Positions 22,519 through 30,858 of a stretch of DNA of 32,000 nt are shown one piece after another (positions within the stretch are counted from its first letter, which is position 1; each line of letters starts with the position of its first letter). Below the pieces are notes generated by a model. The model saw nothing but the letters and a program-made list of their open reading frames with translations, was not told the origin of the DNA and searched no databases. The position numbers and the translations under genes were made by a program. The DNA is from Opitutales bacterium (GTDB lineage Bacteria; Verrucomicrobiota; Verrucomicrobiia; Opitutales; PNEW01), in assembly GCA_965219535.1 (NCBI GenBank), contig CBDCNV010000002.1, positions 1,290,001 to 1,322,000 of the forward strand. The letters are read 5' to 3'.

Positions 22519-23367
22519 ATGGAATCTAAAATTGAAGCACGAATAGTTGACACGGACTGGGCCCGATTAACTTTGGGCGAACGTATAGAGCATCTTGAAG
22601 TAGAAGGTTACCTTGTAATTCCGGATTTACTCAGTCCGAAACACATTGAAAAACTTAAAGCTGAAACAAAAAACCTGAAAACCCGTGCCGCAGATTATAG
22701 CGATAAAAAGCAGGCGGCTATCGAAGAGATGACTTATGCTGGTGGTGAAATTTCAAAGTTGATCGCCAACCCTCCACTGATTGCCTTTCTCAAAGAACTT
22801 TGTGGTGATGAACTCATAATGATGAGTTATACCTATGTGAGAACGGATCCTGGATTTCCCGGTATCAGTTTACATTGTGACGGTCAGCCCTGGAGCTCAA
22901 AAATATTTGGCTATAAGTTCAGTTGTCCTCGGCTGGTTCGCGTTCTTTATTATCTTGATGACTTGACTCCGGAAGTTTCACCTTTTCGCGTCTTACCACG
23001 TTCGCATCTCAGTTTTCACAACGAAGGCAATCCCTACCTGCGATACGAAGAGCACCCCGAACAGGCGATGGTTACCTGCAAGGCCGGCTCAGCCGTCCTT
23101 ATCAATCAGAATGTATTCCATGGCAATTTTCCCAATGTGGGAGACCGTTCGCGTGAAATGCTGGCCATATCCTACCGCCCTTCATGGGCCGGGCCGGCCG
23201 GTGAAGTGGAACCGAGAGATCTGGAAAAAGTTGCAGAACTTCCCCCTGAAGTACAGGCACTTTTAAGAGACCCGAATACACGTATCTGGATGCCTGACAA
23301 CCCTAACAAACCGGACCATATGTCTCGAGAAGCTCCCGGTATTAATTCCAGTCGTTGGGATCGGTAG
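22519..23367 (+). CDS. Phytanoyl-CoA dioxygenase (PhyH) family Fe(II)/2-oxoglutarate oxygenase
   Basis: 282-aa ORF. SLHCDGQPW (HxD), FRVLPRSH, NVFHGNFPN, REMLAISYRP. Confidence 0.8.
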   Translation: MESKIEARIVDTDWARLTLGERIEHLEVEGYLVIPDLLSPKHIEKLKAETKNLKTRAADYSDKKQAAIEEMTYAGGEISKLIANPPLIAFLKELCGDELIMMSYTYVRTDPGFPGISLHCDGQPWSSKIFGYKFSCPRLVRVLYYLDDLTPEVSPFRVLPRSHLSFHNEGNPYLRYEEHPEQAMVTCKAGSAVLINQNVFHGNFPNVGDRSREMLAISYRPSWAGPAGEVEPRDLEKVAELPPEVQALLRDPNTRIWMPDNPNKPDHMSREAPGINSSRWDR

Positions 23368-23411
23368 TCGAGTGATACAGGATGGTATTGTAGCCGGAAA
23401 GAATCTTCTTT

Positions 23412-23430
23412 ACCTAAAACTTAACGCGCG
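23412..23430. repeat. Partial inverted copy of the TAGGTGT-class element
   Basis: acctaaaacttaacgcgcg resembles the reverse complement of cacgcgtgttaagtttt (12374-12390 region). Confidence 0.35.
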
Positions 23431-23445
23431 TCAGCGCCCATCTCG

Positions 23446-23474
23446 CTTTCGACCTTAGACCTTCGACTTTCGAC
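23446..23474 (-). repeat. Trailer array (GTCGAAAG class in gene orientation, 7-nt period, 4 units) ending 2 nt from stop codon 23477-23479
   Basis: + strand ctttcgac cttagac cttcgac tttcgac. GAC ends at 23453, 23460, 23467 and 23474. Confidence 0.65.
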
Positions 23475-23476
23475 TC

Positions 23477-24481
23477 CTAAATCTTCTTTATCGCTTCATT
23501 TCGACGGCTCAGCATTTGTTTCTCAAAACTTTGAGGATATCGCTCGGGAAGGTTGGAGATTGCGTTCAGGCGCTGAAGTACACTTTCATCCAGTTGCCAG
23601 CCAACGGCGCCAAGATTTTTTTCTAACTGTGCTACGGTTCGGGGGCCCACAATTGAGGAGGTAATTGCAGGTTGATCAAGTGCCCAACGTAGTGCGACTT
23701 GATCCGCGCTTCGCCCCAACTCATTTGAAACTTCAAGCAAAACGTTAAGTATCTTATCGGCGTGCACTGAAAAATAATCTTTAGGTAAATTCCGACCACT
23801 TTCCGATTCGACACCCGCGTCAAGATCTCCCGGCTTATATTTGCCCGTCAAAAAACCCCCGGCAAGCGGGCTCCAAATCACCACTCCCAAATCGTGGTAC
23901 TGGCAAAGGGGAATCAATTCCAGTTCTATGTCTCTAACGACAAGGCTGTACTGGGGTTGATAGCATTCAAAACGATTAAGGTCATGGGCGTCACTTATAC
24001 CCAGGGCGGTTGCTAAACGCCATGCTTCATAGTTGCTGCAGGCCAGGTAGCGTACTTTCCCCTCGTGAACCAGATCATCCAAAGCATAAAGCATCTCTTC
24101 AAGCGGAGTTTGAACGTCTACGTGATGGATAAAATAAATATCTATATGATCCGTTTGCAGACGCTTGAGACTGGCTTCAATCGCGCGCATGATATAGACA
24201 CGCGACATTCCGGAATCGTTAGGCCCCGATCCCATGGGGTTAAAAAATTTTGTCGCAAGAATGATTTCCTCTCGGCGATCTTTAAGTGCTCTCCCTAAAA
24301 TCTTTTCAGATTCTGCATTCGCGTATGCGTCGGCGGTATCGATAAAATTAATACCGGCCTCAAAACTCATATTGAGAATTCTGTTCGCTTCCGCTTCATC
24401 GGTCGTGCCTCCAAACAACATCGTGCCGAGGCATAGCTCTGAAACTTTAAGTCCCGTCCGTCCCATTCTGCGATATTTCAT
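23477..24481 (-). CDS. Aldo/keto reductase (AKR) family oxidoreductase
   Basis: The ORF-track TTG 24496 lies inside the repeat array. ATG 24481 gives MKYRRMGRTGLKVSELCLGTMLFGG, the canonical AKR N-terminus. Confidence 0.88.
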   Translation of the reverse strand: MKYRRMGRTGLKVSELCLGTMLFGGTTDEAEANRILNMSFEAGINFIDTADAYANAESEKILGRALKDRREEIILATKFFNPMGSGPNDSGMSRVYIMRAIEASLKRLQTDHIDIYFIHHVDVQTPLEEMLYALDDLVHEGKVRYLACSNYEAWRLATALGISDAHDLNRFECYQPQYSLVVRDIELELIPLCQYHDLGVVIWSPLAGGFLTGKYKPGDLDAGVESESGRNLPKDYFSVHADKILNVLLEVSNELGRSADQVALRWALDQPAITSSIVGPRTVAQLEKNLGAVGWQLDESVLQRLNAISNLPERYPQSFEKQMLSRRNEAIKKI

Positions 24482-24491
24482 AGGGTGATTA

Positions 24492-24524
24492 GTCAAAAGG
24501 TCAAAAGGTCAAAAAGTCAAAAAG
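24492..24524 (-). promoter_or_regulatory. Leader array (CTTTTGAC class, 8-nt period, 4 units) upstream of start 24481
   Basis: GTC starts at 24492, 24500, 24508 and 24516. 10-nt spacer taatcaccct to the ATG. Confidence 0.75.
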
Positions 24525-24572
24525 GATATGTGTAAATGTGTACATGCGTGTATGTGAGGATGCAGAAATCAT
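24525..24572. repeat. 8-nt-period ATGYG-class array (6 units)
   Basis: gatatgtg taaatgtg tacatgcg tgtatgtg aggatgca gaaatcat. Homologous unit-by-unit to 25905-25952 and 7649-7704. Confidence 0.6.
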
Positions 24573-24590
24573 TTGAATTAACTTTTATTG

Positions 24591-24625
24591 TGCATCCTGA
24601 ATCTTGCATCCTGCATCCTGCATAA
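24591..24625. repeat. 7-nt-period array, TGCATCC class (5 units)
   Basis: tgcatcc tgaatct tgcatcc tgcatcc tgcataa. Confidence 0.65.
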
Positions 24626-24665
24626 CCGCGGCCGCTGGATGACCGCAAATTAATAATCGATACAC

Positions 24666-25862
24666 TTATTCAGCTTGATAATTATAGGGCGACAGCTGTT
24701 CTTCGGTAATTTGCACACCGAAGCCAGGTCCGTCAGAAGGTATCATTTTGCCATCTTTGGGCGTTGCAATCCCGGGTAGCTGTTCTGCTTTTTGGGGCGA
24801 TTCACCGGGTGGTGTCGCGACAAAGCATTCCGCCCATGGGATGGCGGGCATGGCATAGCAGGCGTGCTGGCCATAAGGTGTACTTCCACCGCAGTGGGGG
24901 ATAACCGAGATTCCCGCCGCTTCAGCGATCGCACAGATCTTTGTGATCGCCGTAAGTCCTCCCACCCAGTGAATATCCGGCTGGAATATGTCCACCAGGT
25001 GGCGGCTGGCAGCGTGTTGGAAAGGCACAGAAGTGTACCAATGCTCACCGGTACTCAGCGTCTGCCAGGGAACACGCTGACGTAGTTGGGCATGGGCATC
25101 GAAATCTTCAGAGCGCAGTGTTTCTTCCATCCACTTAAGTTTGTATGGCCGCAACGCTTCTGCCAGGCGCACGGCGTATTCTACGTCGAAGGCCATCCAG
25201 CAGTCTAACATTAACTCTACATCATCACCCACCAGTTCACGATTCCTCGCTACAAAATCCACGTTCTTCTTGAGACCGTCCAAACCATCGGCGGGGCCGT
25301 AGGGGCAGGGTAGTTTGGTAGCCTTGAAACCGAGTTCCATGTACCAATCGGTATCCCCGCCGGTGGAGTAGCAGAACAATTCATCTCGCGCCGGGCCGCC
25401 CAGCAATTCGTAAACCGGTCGATCCATTAATTTTCCCTTCAGATCCCACAGGGCCAGATCAATAGCGCTCACGGCGTAGGAGTGGAGCCCCGTCGCACCA
25501 TAAGGCGCGCCCATGCGCACCATCATATCATAGCATTTTTCAGTTGCGGTGCAGTTTTCACCCACAAGACGCGGCCCGAGGTAGTCATCGATTATTGCGG
25601 CTACGGGGCGACCGTGATTGGCGACGGAAAACCCCCAGGTTCCATCTTCGGCTTCGACCACACAGCCGAAATTCTTCCAAGTCGGATACCATGAAGGGCG
25701 GAACGCCGCGTAACGAGGGTAGCGTGTCACGGGGTTGGCGACGGGACCGCTTTCAATCCATGAAGGACGACGCGCAGTCTTGTACTTGACGCTCGAGGAG
25801 CTCCCTTGGTTACTGGTTTCCGGGAAACTCACATTGACGGCGCGGATGGATTTAATTTTCAT
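24666..25862 (-). CDS. Enolase-superfamily L-rhamnonate-dehydratase-like (RhamD subgroup) sugar-acid dehydratase
   Basis: 398-aa ORF. IDLALWDLKGK, ELMLDCWMAFDV, YKLKWMEE, STGEHW, QPDIHWVGGLT and IPHCGGS parallel E. coli RhmD (LMLDCWM, LKWIEE, SGEHH, QPDVGWCGGLT, VPHGSS) from memory. Confidence 0.85.
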   Translation of the reverse strand: MKIKSIRAVNVSFPETSNQGSSSSVKYKTARRPSWIESGPVANPVTRYPRYAAFRPSWYPTWKNFGCVVEAEDGTWGFSVANHGRPVAAIIDDYLGPRLVGENCTATEKCYDMMVRMGAPYGATGLHSYAVSAIDLALWDLKGKLMDRPVYELLGGPARDELFCYSTGGDTDWYMELGFKATKLPCPYGPADGLDGLKKNVDFVARNRELVGDDVELMLDCWMAFDVEYAVRLAEALRPYKLKWMEETLRSEDFDAHAQLRQRVPWQTLSTGEHWYTSVPFQHAASRHLVDIFQPDIHWVGGLTAITKICAIAEAAGISVIPHCGGSTPYGQHACYAMPAIPWAECFVATPPGESPQKAEQLPGIATPKDGKMIPSDGPGFGVQITEEQLSPYNYQAE

Positions 25863-25871
25863 GGGTAGATA

Positions 25872-25903
25872 GTCAAAAAGTCAAAAGGTCAAAAAGTCAA
25901 AAG
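25872..25903 (-). promoter_or_regulatory. Leader array (CTTTTGAC class, 8-nt period, 4 units) upstream of start 25862
   Basis: GTC starts at 25872, 25880, 25888 and 25896. 9-nt spacer tatctaccc to the ATG. Confidence 0.75.
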
Positions 25904-25904
25904 G

Positions 25905-25952
25905 GTTATGTGTAAATGAGTGCATGTGTGAATGCGAGGAGGCGAAATCGCA
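25905..25952. repeat. 8-nt-period ATGYG-class array (6 units)
   Basis: gttatgtg taaatgag tgcatgtg tgaatgcg aggaggcg aaatcgca. Confidence 0.6.
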
Positions 25953-26130
25953 TTGAGAGTATAACCCGATATTCTTAAATTCGTTAGGGTTTTGCTGCAT
26001 CCCGCATCGCGTATCAAACTGCCTTGGAAGATGTCGTTCTGGAACTCGGAACTGGCTTTCTGGATATCTGGTCTTTTGGCTGTCCGGCCTACCGCTACCG
26101 AACCTCGCCATGGTGAGGTGACATCCACCA

Positions 26131-27096
26131 TTAACACACTCTGTTCCGGGGATTGCCATTGAGGTAGGCGATCACATTGTCGACGGCGCCGCTATTCAGG
26201 AGATCCATTCCCTCGGGTGTTGAATCTGCGCTATGAGGTGTCAGCACTACATGGTCACAGGTGAAGAGGGGATGATCAGCCGGCGCTGGTTCTTCATCGT
26301 AGACGTCGACACCAGCGCCCATTAATTTACCGGAATGAAGTGCCTTAACGAGGGCATCGGTATCGACAACCGCGGCCCGCGCGCCATTCAAGAAAATTGT
26401 GTTCTCCTTCATTTTGCTAAACTGTTCTGCTCCGATCAGGTGATGACTGTCTTCAGTCAGCTTTACATGAACACTGATGACATCTGATTCTGCCAAGACT
26501 TCGTCCAATGCCTTGAAAGTAACACCCAGTACCCGGGCACGTTCTGCTGATGGGTTGTATGTCCAGGCTAACACTTTCATGCCAATCGCTTTACCCAGTC
26601 GCGCCATCTCTGCTCCAATTGCACCTGTTCCGATGATTCCCAATTTTTTACCGCGTAACATAACGTTATCCATTTGTGACCATCTACCTTGTTTCATGTC
26701 GGCAGTGAAGAATGCCACGCGCTTCGCAACGGCAAACATCATGCCGAATATGTGTTCGGCGACAACGGGCGCTGTCCTGCCTGGTTGATTGCTGATCACT
26801 ATCCTGTGTTTCTTAGCTGCCTTGAGGTCGAAATTATCCGTTCCGATTGAACACGCGGTAATCATCTTCAATTGGGGCAGCTGCGCGAAATCCTCATGCC
26901 CCCAGGTGACAGCACTCCTTGTGTTCATGATGATCTCGGCTCCAGCTACGCGAGCAATCTTCTCTTCCCTGTCTTTCGGTCGGTCTGTGTAGAGAGTCAG
27001 ATCTCCATAGTCCTTCAACCGTTCGAGGTGAGGTGAATCCTGGATCTGGGGAGGATCGTCACCCGGGACCACTATCTTTATTCGTTCCTTTATCAT
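26131..27096 (-). CDS. D-isomer-specific 2-hydroxyacid dehydrogenase family (glycerate/hydroxypyruvate-reductase-like), NAD-binding
   Basis: 321-aa ORF. GKKLGIIGTGAIGAEMARLGKAIGMKV (GxGxxG), NGARAAVVD, DVYDEEP, LTPHSA. Confidence 0.88.
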   Translation of the reverse strand: MIKERIKIVVPGDDPPQIQDSPHLERLKDYGDLTLYTDRPKDREEKIARVAGAEIIMNTRSAVTWGHEDFAQLPQLKMITACSIGTDNFDLKAAKKHRIVISNQPGRTAPVVAEHIFGMMFAVAKRVAFFTADMKQGRWSQMDNVMLRGKKLGIIGTGAIGAEMARLGKAIGMKVLAWTYNPSAERARVLGVTFKALDEVLAESDVISVHVKLTEDSHHLIGAEQFSKMKENTIFLNGARAAVVDTDALVKALHSGKLMGAGVDVYDEEPAPADHPLFTCDHVVLTPHSADSTPEGMDLLNSGAVDNVIAYLNGNPRNRVC

Positions 27097-27224
27097 CTCC
27101 CGTTTTCTTTTAGCGGTATTTCGCCAGGCATAAAGACAAAAAATTGTGCTCTAAGCGAATGGGTGCAATCGATTGTTACTTATTTTATCTCGCAACATCA
27201 ATTCGGCTTATTACACTGTTACTC

Positions 27225-28586
27225 ATGCAAAGAACAATAAAGCCCTCCTTGTCTTATCGAACTTATTCAACATTAGTCTTAGTGTGTGCGTTCTCACTCT
27301 GCCACGCCGATGATTGGCCGCGTTGGCTGGGACCCGAGGGAGATTCGATTTGGCGTGAATCGGGTATCCTGACGGAGATTCCTGCGGGCGGATTGAAAAA
27401 TAATTGGTCGCATCCTGTTGGCTTGGGTTACGCTGGTCCAGCGGTAGCAAATGGTAAGGTGTATGTCATGGATTATGTCAAAACATCTGGCGAAATCAGG
27501 AATCAAGCCAGTTGGAAAGACGAATTGCGCGGTAAAGAGCGCATCCTCTGTCTATCGGTAGAAACGGGAGAGCTCATCTGGAAACATGAATATGATCGGG
27601 CCTATTTTTTATCTTATCCCGCGGGACCACGCTGCACGCCAACTGTGGCGGATGGCAAAGTGTACACCTTGGGAACAGAGGGCGATTTACTATGCCTCGA
27701 TGCTGAAACCGGTGAGAAATACTGGTCGAAATCCTTTAACGAATCTTACGGCACAACAACACCGCTTTGGGGTTACGCGGCGCACCCGCTGGTGGTTGGC
27801 AATCAACTCTTCTGCATTGTTGGCGGTGAAGGGAGCGTCGTCGTTGCGTTTAATAAGGATACAGGTAAAGAGCAATGGCGCGCATTGTCCGCAGCCGATA
27901 GGGGATATTGTCCACCCTCTATGATCAAATCTGGAGGAAAACAACAATTGCTGATCTGGCACGGTGAATCGTTAAACAGCCTTAATCCTGTAAGTGGTGA
28001 GGTCTACTGGACTAACGCCATTAAACCCAGTTACGGCCTGACCGTGGCAGCACCGAGGCTTCAGGGTTCACTGCTCTTTGTTACCGGTATGAGCAGCACC
28101 AGCGCGCTGCTTAAACTGAACGATGAAAAACCTGGATTCGAGACCCTGTGGAAAGGGACAAGTACCAGTTCCGTTCACTGCAATAACAGTACACCAGTCA
28201 TGACTGAAACGATGATCTTTGGCTGTGATGTCGAATCGAGCGCGCTTATAGGTGTGCGTGTTGCTGACGGTGAACGCACGTGGCAAACGACATCCCCTAC
28301 GGTTGGCGATCTAAAAAAAGCGCGTCACGGTACCGCGTTTATTGTGCGGCATCTCAACTCAGACCGTTACTTCCTCTTCAGCGAGACAGGAGATTTGATT
28401 TTGGCTGAGATGACTGCGAGTGAGTATCGCGAAATCGGTAGACAACGGGTATTAGAACCAACCAATAACACGGGAGGTCGATCAGTTGTCTGGAGCCATC
28501 CCGCATTCGCATCGAAAAGTATGTTCGCCCGCAACGACAAAGAAATTGTGCGTGTAGACCTGGCAGCGAAGGCATATGATAAATAA
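27225..28586 (+). CDS. Secreted PQQ-like/BamB-like beta-propeller repeat protein
   Basis: ORF track starts at 27144. ATG 27225 gives the signal peptide MQRTIKPSLSYRTYSTLVLVCAFSLCHA followed by DDWPRWLGPEGDS, typical of this PVC-abundant family. Repeated GKVY/GDL.C.D..TGE..W blades. Confidence 0.75.
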   Translation: MQRTIKPSLSYRTYSTLVLVCAFSLCHADDWPRWLGPEGDSIWRESGILTEIPAGGLKNNWSHPVGLGYAGPAVANGKVYVMDYVKTSGEIRNQASWKDELRGKERILCLSVETGELIWKHEYDRAYFLSYPAGPRCTPTVADGKVYTLGTEGDLLCLDAETGEKYWSKSFNESYGTTTPLWGYAAHPLVVGNQLFCIVGGEGSVVVAFNKDTGKEQWRALSAADRGYCPPSMIKSGGKQQLLIWHGESLNSLNPVSGEVYWTNAIKPSYGLTVAAPRLQGSLLFVTGMSSTSALLKLNDEKPGFETLWKGTSTSSVHCNNSTPVMTETMIFGCDVESSALIGVRVADGERTWQTTSPTVGDLKKARHGTAFIVRHLNSDRYFLFSETGDLILAEMTASEYREIGRQRVLEPTNNTGGRSVVWSHPAFASKSMFARNDKEIVRVDLAAKAYDK

Positions 28587-28596
28587 GCTTATATAT

Positions 28597-28632
28597 GTCG
28601 AAAGTCGAAAGTCGAAGGTCGAAAGTCAAAAG
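28597..28632 (+). repeat. Trailer array (GTCGAAA x4 + GTCAAAAG, 7-nt period) 10 nt after stop 28586
   Basis: GTC starts at 28597, 28604, 28611, 28618 and 28625. Confidence 0.7.
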
Positions 28633-28695
28633 AGGGGGGTAAGAAGAATCCGCTGGGATTCTCATGTATCTTGCTTACTGAAACCTGTATCCACT

Positions 28696-28769
28696 CTTGT
28701 CATTGCGAAAGAGGCATGGCCGACTGCGCTCGGTTGCCACGGCTGTTAATCAGCCTCGCGATGACAAAT
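28696..28769. repeat. REP/MITE-like palindromic element, copy C (short, 74 bp)
   Basis: cttgtcattgcgaaag (28696-28711) ... cctcgcgatgacaaat (28754-28769). The interior ggcatggccgactgcgctcggttgccacggctg is shared with copy D. Confidence 0.7.
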
Positions 28770-28815
28770 ATAATAATTTTAAAATCTCGTCCCTCCAGAA
28801 GATTATCTGGTTTGT

Positions 28816-28842
28816 CCTCTTGACTTTATGACTATCTGACAC
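28816..28842 (+). promoter_or_regulatory. Degenerate leader-type array (CTTGAC TTTATGAC TATCTGAC) upstream of ATG 28856
   Basis: Three GAC-terminated units. The last GAC ends 15 nt before the ATG. Confidence 0.4.
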
Positions 28843-28855
28843 TGGCTATTTATTT

Positions 28856-30535
28856 ATGAGCAAACTGGGAGCATACACGCCACGTGGAGATCGTCGCATC
28901 ATTTATGTCAGCGACCCTTCCAGCATCATTCGGAGTTACTTACCGGAAGTTCCTACCGAAGATGATTTGAGACACTGGGTCGACGAACTGGCAGAAGCCA
29001 AAGTCGATACTTTCATCCAGGAAGCTTACTCACAGGGTTGGACTGTCTATTGGCGTTGTGAAAAATTCGATTATGACCAGCGCCCGCAACACCGTTGCTT
29101 TCTTCCCCTGCTGGATGCAGGTGTTCAACCGCTGGAGGTAATTCTCGACCAAAGTCATAAACGCGGAATGGAGTTTATGGCCGGGTTTCGCATGAACCTT
29201 AACCACGTTCATGTTTCTACACAACAAGGTGTGGGGGGAGGGGCCAGTTATCTCACTCAGGATTCTAAGTGGATGATAAAAAAGTATCCACCGGGCGATG
29301 ATTTTGAAATAAATTCAATGCTTGATTTCACTTTTCAAGAAGTGAGGGACTATATATGTGAAGTAGCGAGAGAAATTGTACACAGTTTTGATCTGGATGG
29401 TTTGGAATTATGTTTCCGGGAATCTGTCTATTTCCCCCATGGCAAAGGTCGTGAGAGTCAATCGATAATGACGGATTTAATACGTCAGATTCATGAAATT
29501 CTGGAAACCGAGAGCCAGAATAAAAAAAAGGAACTTAAGCTTGGAGCTAGAGTATTCCAGACATTGAAAGAATGTCATGACATAGGATTGGATATTCCCA
29601 CCTGGATCGAAAAGGGGTACCTCGATTATGTATCACCCAGTGATGTCATGTATTCGGATATTAATGCGGCCTATGAAGAGTTCGCTGAACTGACCCGCGA
29701 TTCTAACTGTTACCTCTACCCAGCCATCCTTCCCTGGTTAAGTTGTCGATCAGAACGCCGATTAAACCGCATGCCTATAAATATGGATCAGCAGCGAGCC
29801 ATTGCTCAGAACTATTATGGCGCTGGCGCGGACGGTATCTCGATTTATAATCATTTTGTATCTAATGATTGGGCACCCTTTTATCCGATGCAGCTTTTCG
29901 ATATGGACGAATTAAAAGATCCCGTTTGCGTTAGGGAGGGAAGAAAACATTATGTGTATGAACCTATTTGGAGTGGGTGTGATGTCTTTATTCAGGATGG
30001 CGCCCCCTCCGGTGCAATTAAGGCAGATAAAATATTGCTCGAACGATCGGATAATATTGTCAGTGGCAATTACCGTTTTCGACTCTGTGAAGATCTAAAC
30101 AAAGTGCGAAAAGCTTATCTAATATTTCGTGCCGGAAACATGACAATGGACGACCAAATAAAAGTGCTTATCAACAATGAAGAGATCCCTCACCGTTTGA
30201 TCAGACAGACGCAAAATGAAAAGCGTATAAAAGCCGCACCGATTGAAACGGCAACCGATAGATCGATACGCATGTATAGGGAAGGAAAAATAAAAGAAGC
30301 TGTAAAAAGCGAAACCACGAATAAGGATACTTTTAAACATGACCCACTATCCACGGAGAAAGGCCATCCCATTATTCAAGGAGAGATTGATCGTCCTTTT
30401 ACTACTTGCTGGTTTGAACTGACAACCCCGCCCGCAATCTATGGTGATAACTGGTTGGACGTGACTTTAATCGAGGGTGATCCCCAGGCAACCGAGAGTA
30501 TCATCATTGATGAACTCGAAGTGATTGTGGTTTAG
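28856..30535 (+). CDS. Hypothetical cytoplasmic protein; possibly a glycoside-hydrolase-like (beta/alpha)8 barrel + C-terminal beta-sandwich
   Basis: 559-aa ORF with no signal peptide. I recognise no family with confidence. The alternating pattern in the N-terminal 350 aa and the beta-rich C-terminus are only suggestive. Confidence 0.55.
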   Translation: MSKLGAYTPRGDRRIIYVSDPSSIIRSYLPEVPTEDDLRHWVDELAEAKVDTFIQEAYSQGWTVYWRCEKFDYDQRPQHRCFLPLLDAGVQPLEVILDQSHKRGMEFMAGFRMNLNHVHVSTQQGVGGGASYLTQDSKWMIKKYPPGDDFEINSMLDFTFQEVRDYICEVAREIVHSFDLDGLELCFRESVYFPHGKGRESQSIMTDLIRQIHEILETESQNKKKELKLGARVFQTLKECHDIGLDIPTWIEKGYLDYVSPSDVMYSDINAAYEEFAELTRDSNCYLYPAILPWLSCRSERRLNRMPINMDQQRAIAQNYYGAGADGISIYNHFVSNDWAPFYPMQLFDMDELKDPVCVREGRKHYVYEPIWSGCDVFIQDGAPSGAIKADKILLERSDNIVSGNYRFRLCEDLNKVRKAYLIFRAGNMTMDDQIKVLINNEEIPHRLIRQTQNEKRIKAAPIETATDRSIRMYREGKIKEAVKSETTNKDTFKHDPLSTEKGHPIIQGEIDRPFTTCWFELTTPPAIYGDNWLDVTLIEGDPQATESIIIDELEVIVV

Positions 30536-30617
30536 AGAAAAGTATATTTACTCCTAACGACATGGATATTATCACGTAGATCTGGCATCGAATGCATGTA
30601 GGCAGTGAGATTTTTAT

Positions 30618-30646
30618 GTCGAAAGTCGAAGGTCGAAAGTCAAAAG
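30618..30646 (+). repeat. Trailer array (GTCGAAA GTCGAAG GTCGAAA GTCAAAAG)
   Basis: GTC starts at 30618, 30625, 30632 and 30639. Homologous to 28597-28632. Confidence 0.7.
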
Positions 30647-30679
30647 AGGGAGTGTAAGTAAAAACCGATAGGATTTTCT

Positions 30680-30707
30680 TGCATCTTGTATTCTGAATCC
30701 TGCATCC
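30680..30707. repeat. 7-nt-period TGCATCC-class array (4 units) abutting REP copy D
   Basis: tgcatct tgtattc tgaatcc tgcatcc. Confidence 0.5.
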
Positions 30708-30710
30708 TCT

Positions 30711-30821
30711 CTTGTCATTGCGAAGGAGGAGTAGCCGACTGCGGCAATCCAGGGGCTGACGATATGCGTACGAAATTCCTCTGGATCGCCACGGCTGTAA
30801 ATCAGCCTCGCGATGACAAAT
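30711..30821. repeat. REP/MITE-like palindromic element, copy D (111 bp)
   Basis: cttgtcattgcgaagg (30711-30726) ... cctcgcgatgacaaat (30806-30821). It has an inner inverted pair ggcaatccagggg / cctctggatcgcc. Confidence 0.7.
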
Positions 30822-30858
30822 ATAATAATACAACAATACGTCCAAACGAAACGCCAAA

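Noticed and set aside
23446-24524. 5'-3' panhandle pairing of the AKR mRNA via its leader (CUUUUGAC)4 and trailer (GUCGAAAG)4 arrays (G-U wobble tolerated).
   Set aside because: The two arrays have different periods (8 nt versus 7 nt), so they cannot zip in register beyond about one unit. Most genes carry only one of the two arrays. It is kept only as a minor caveat under the polarity finding.
27144-27224. Upstream start (27144) for the PQQ-like propeller gene.
   Set aside because: The extension (MCSKRMGAIDCYLFYLATSIRLITLLL) precedes a much better start, MQRTIK..., followed by a classical signal peptide and the conserved DDWPRWLGP motif. It would also consume most of the divergent promoter region.
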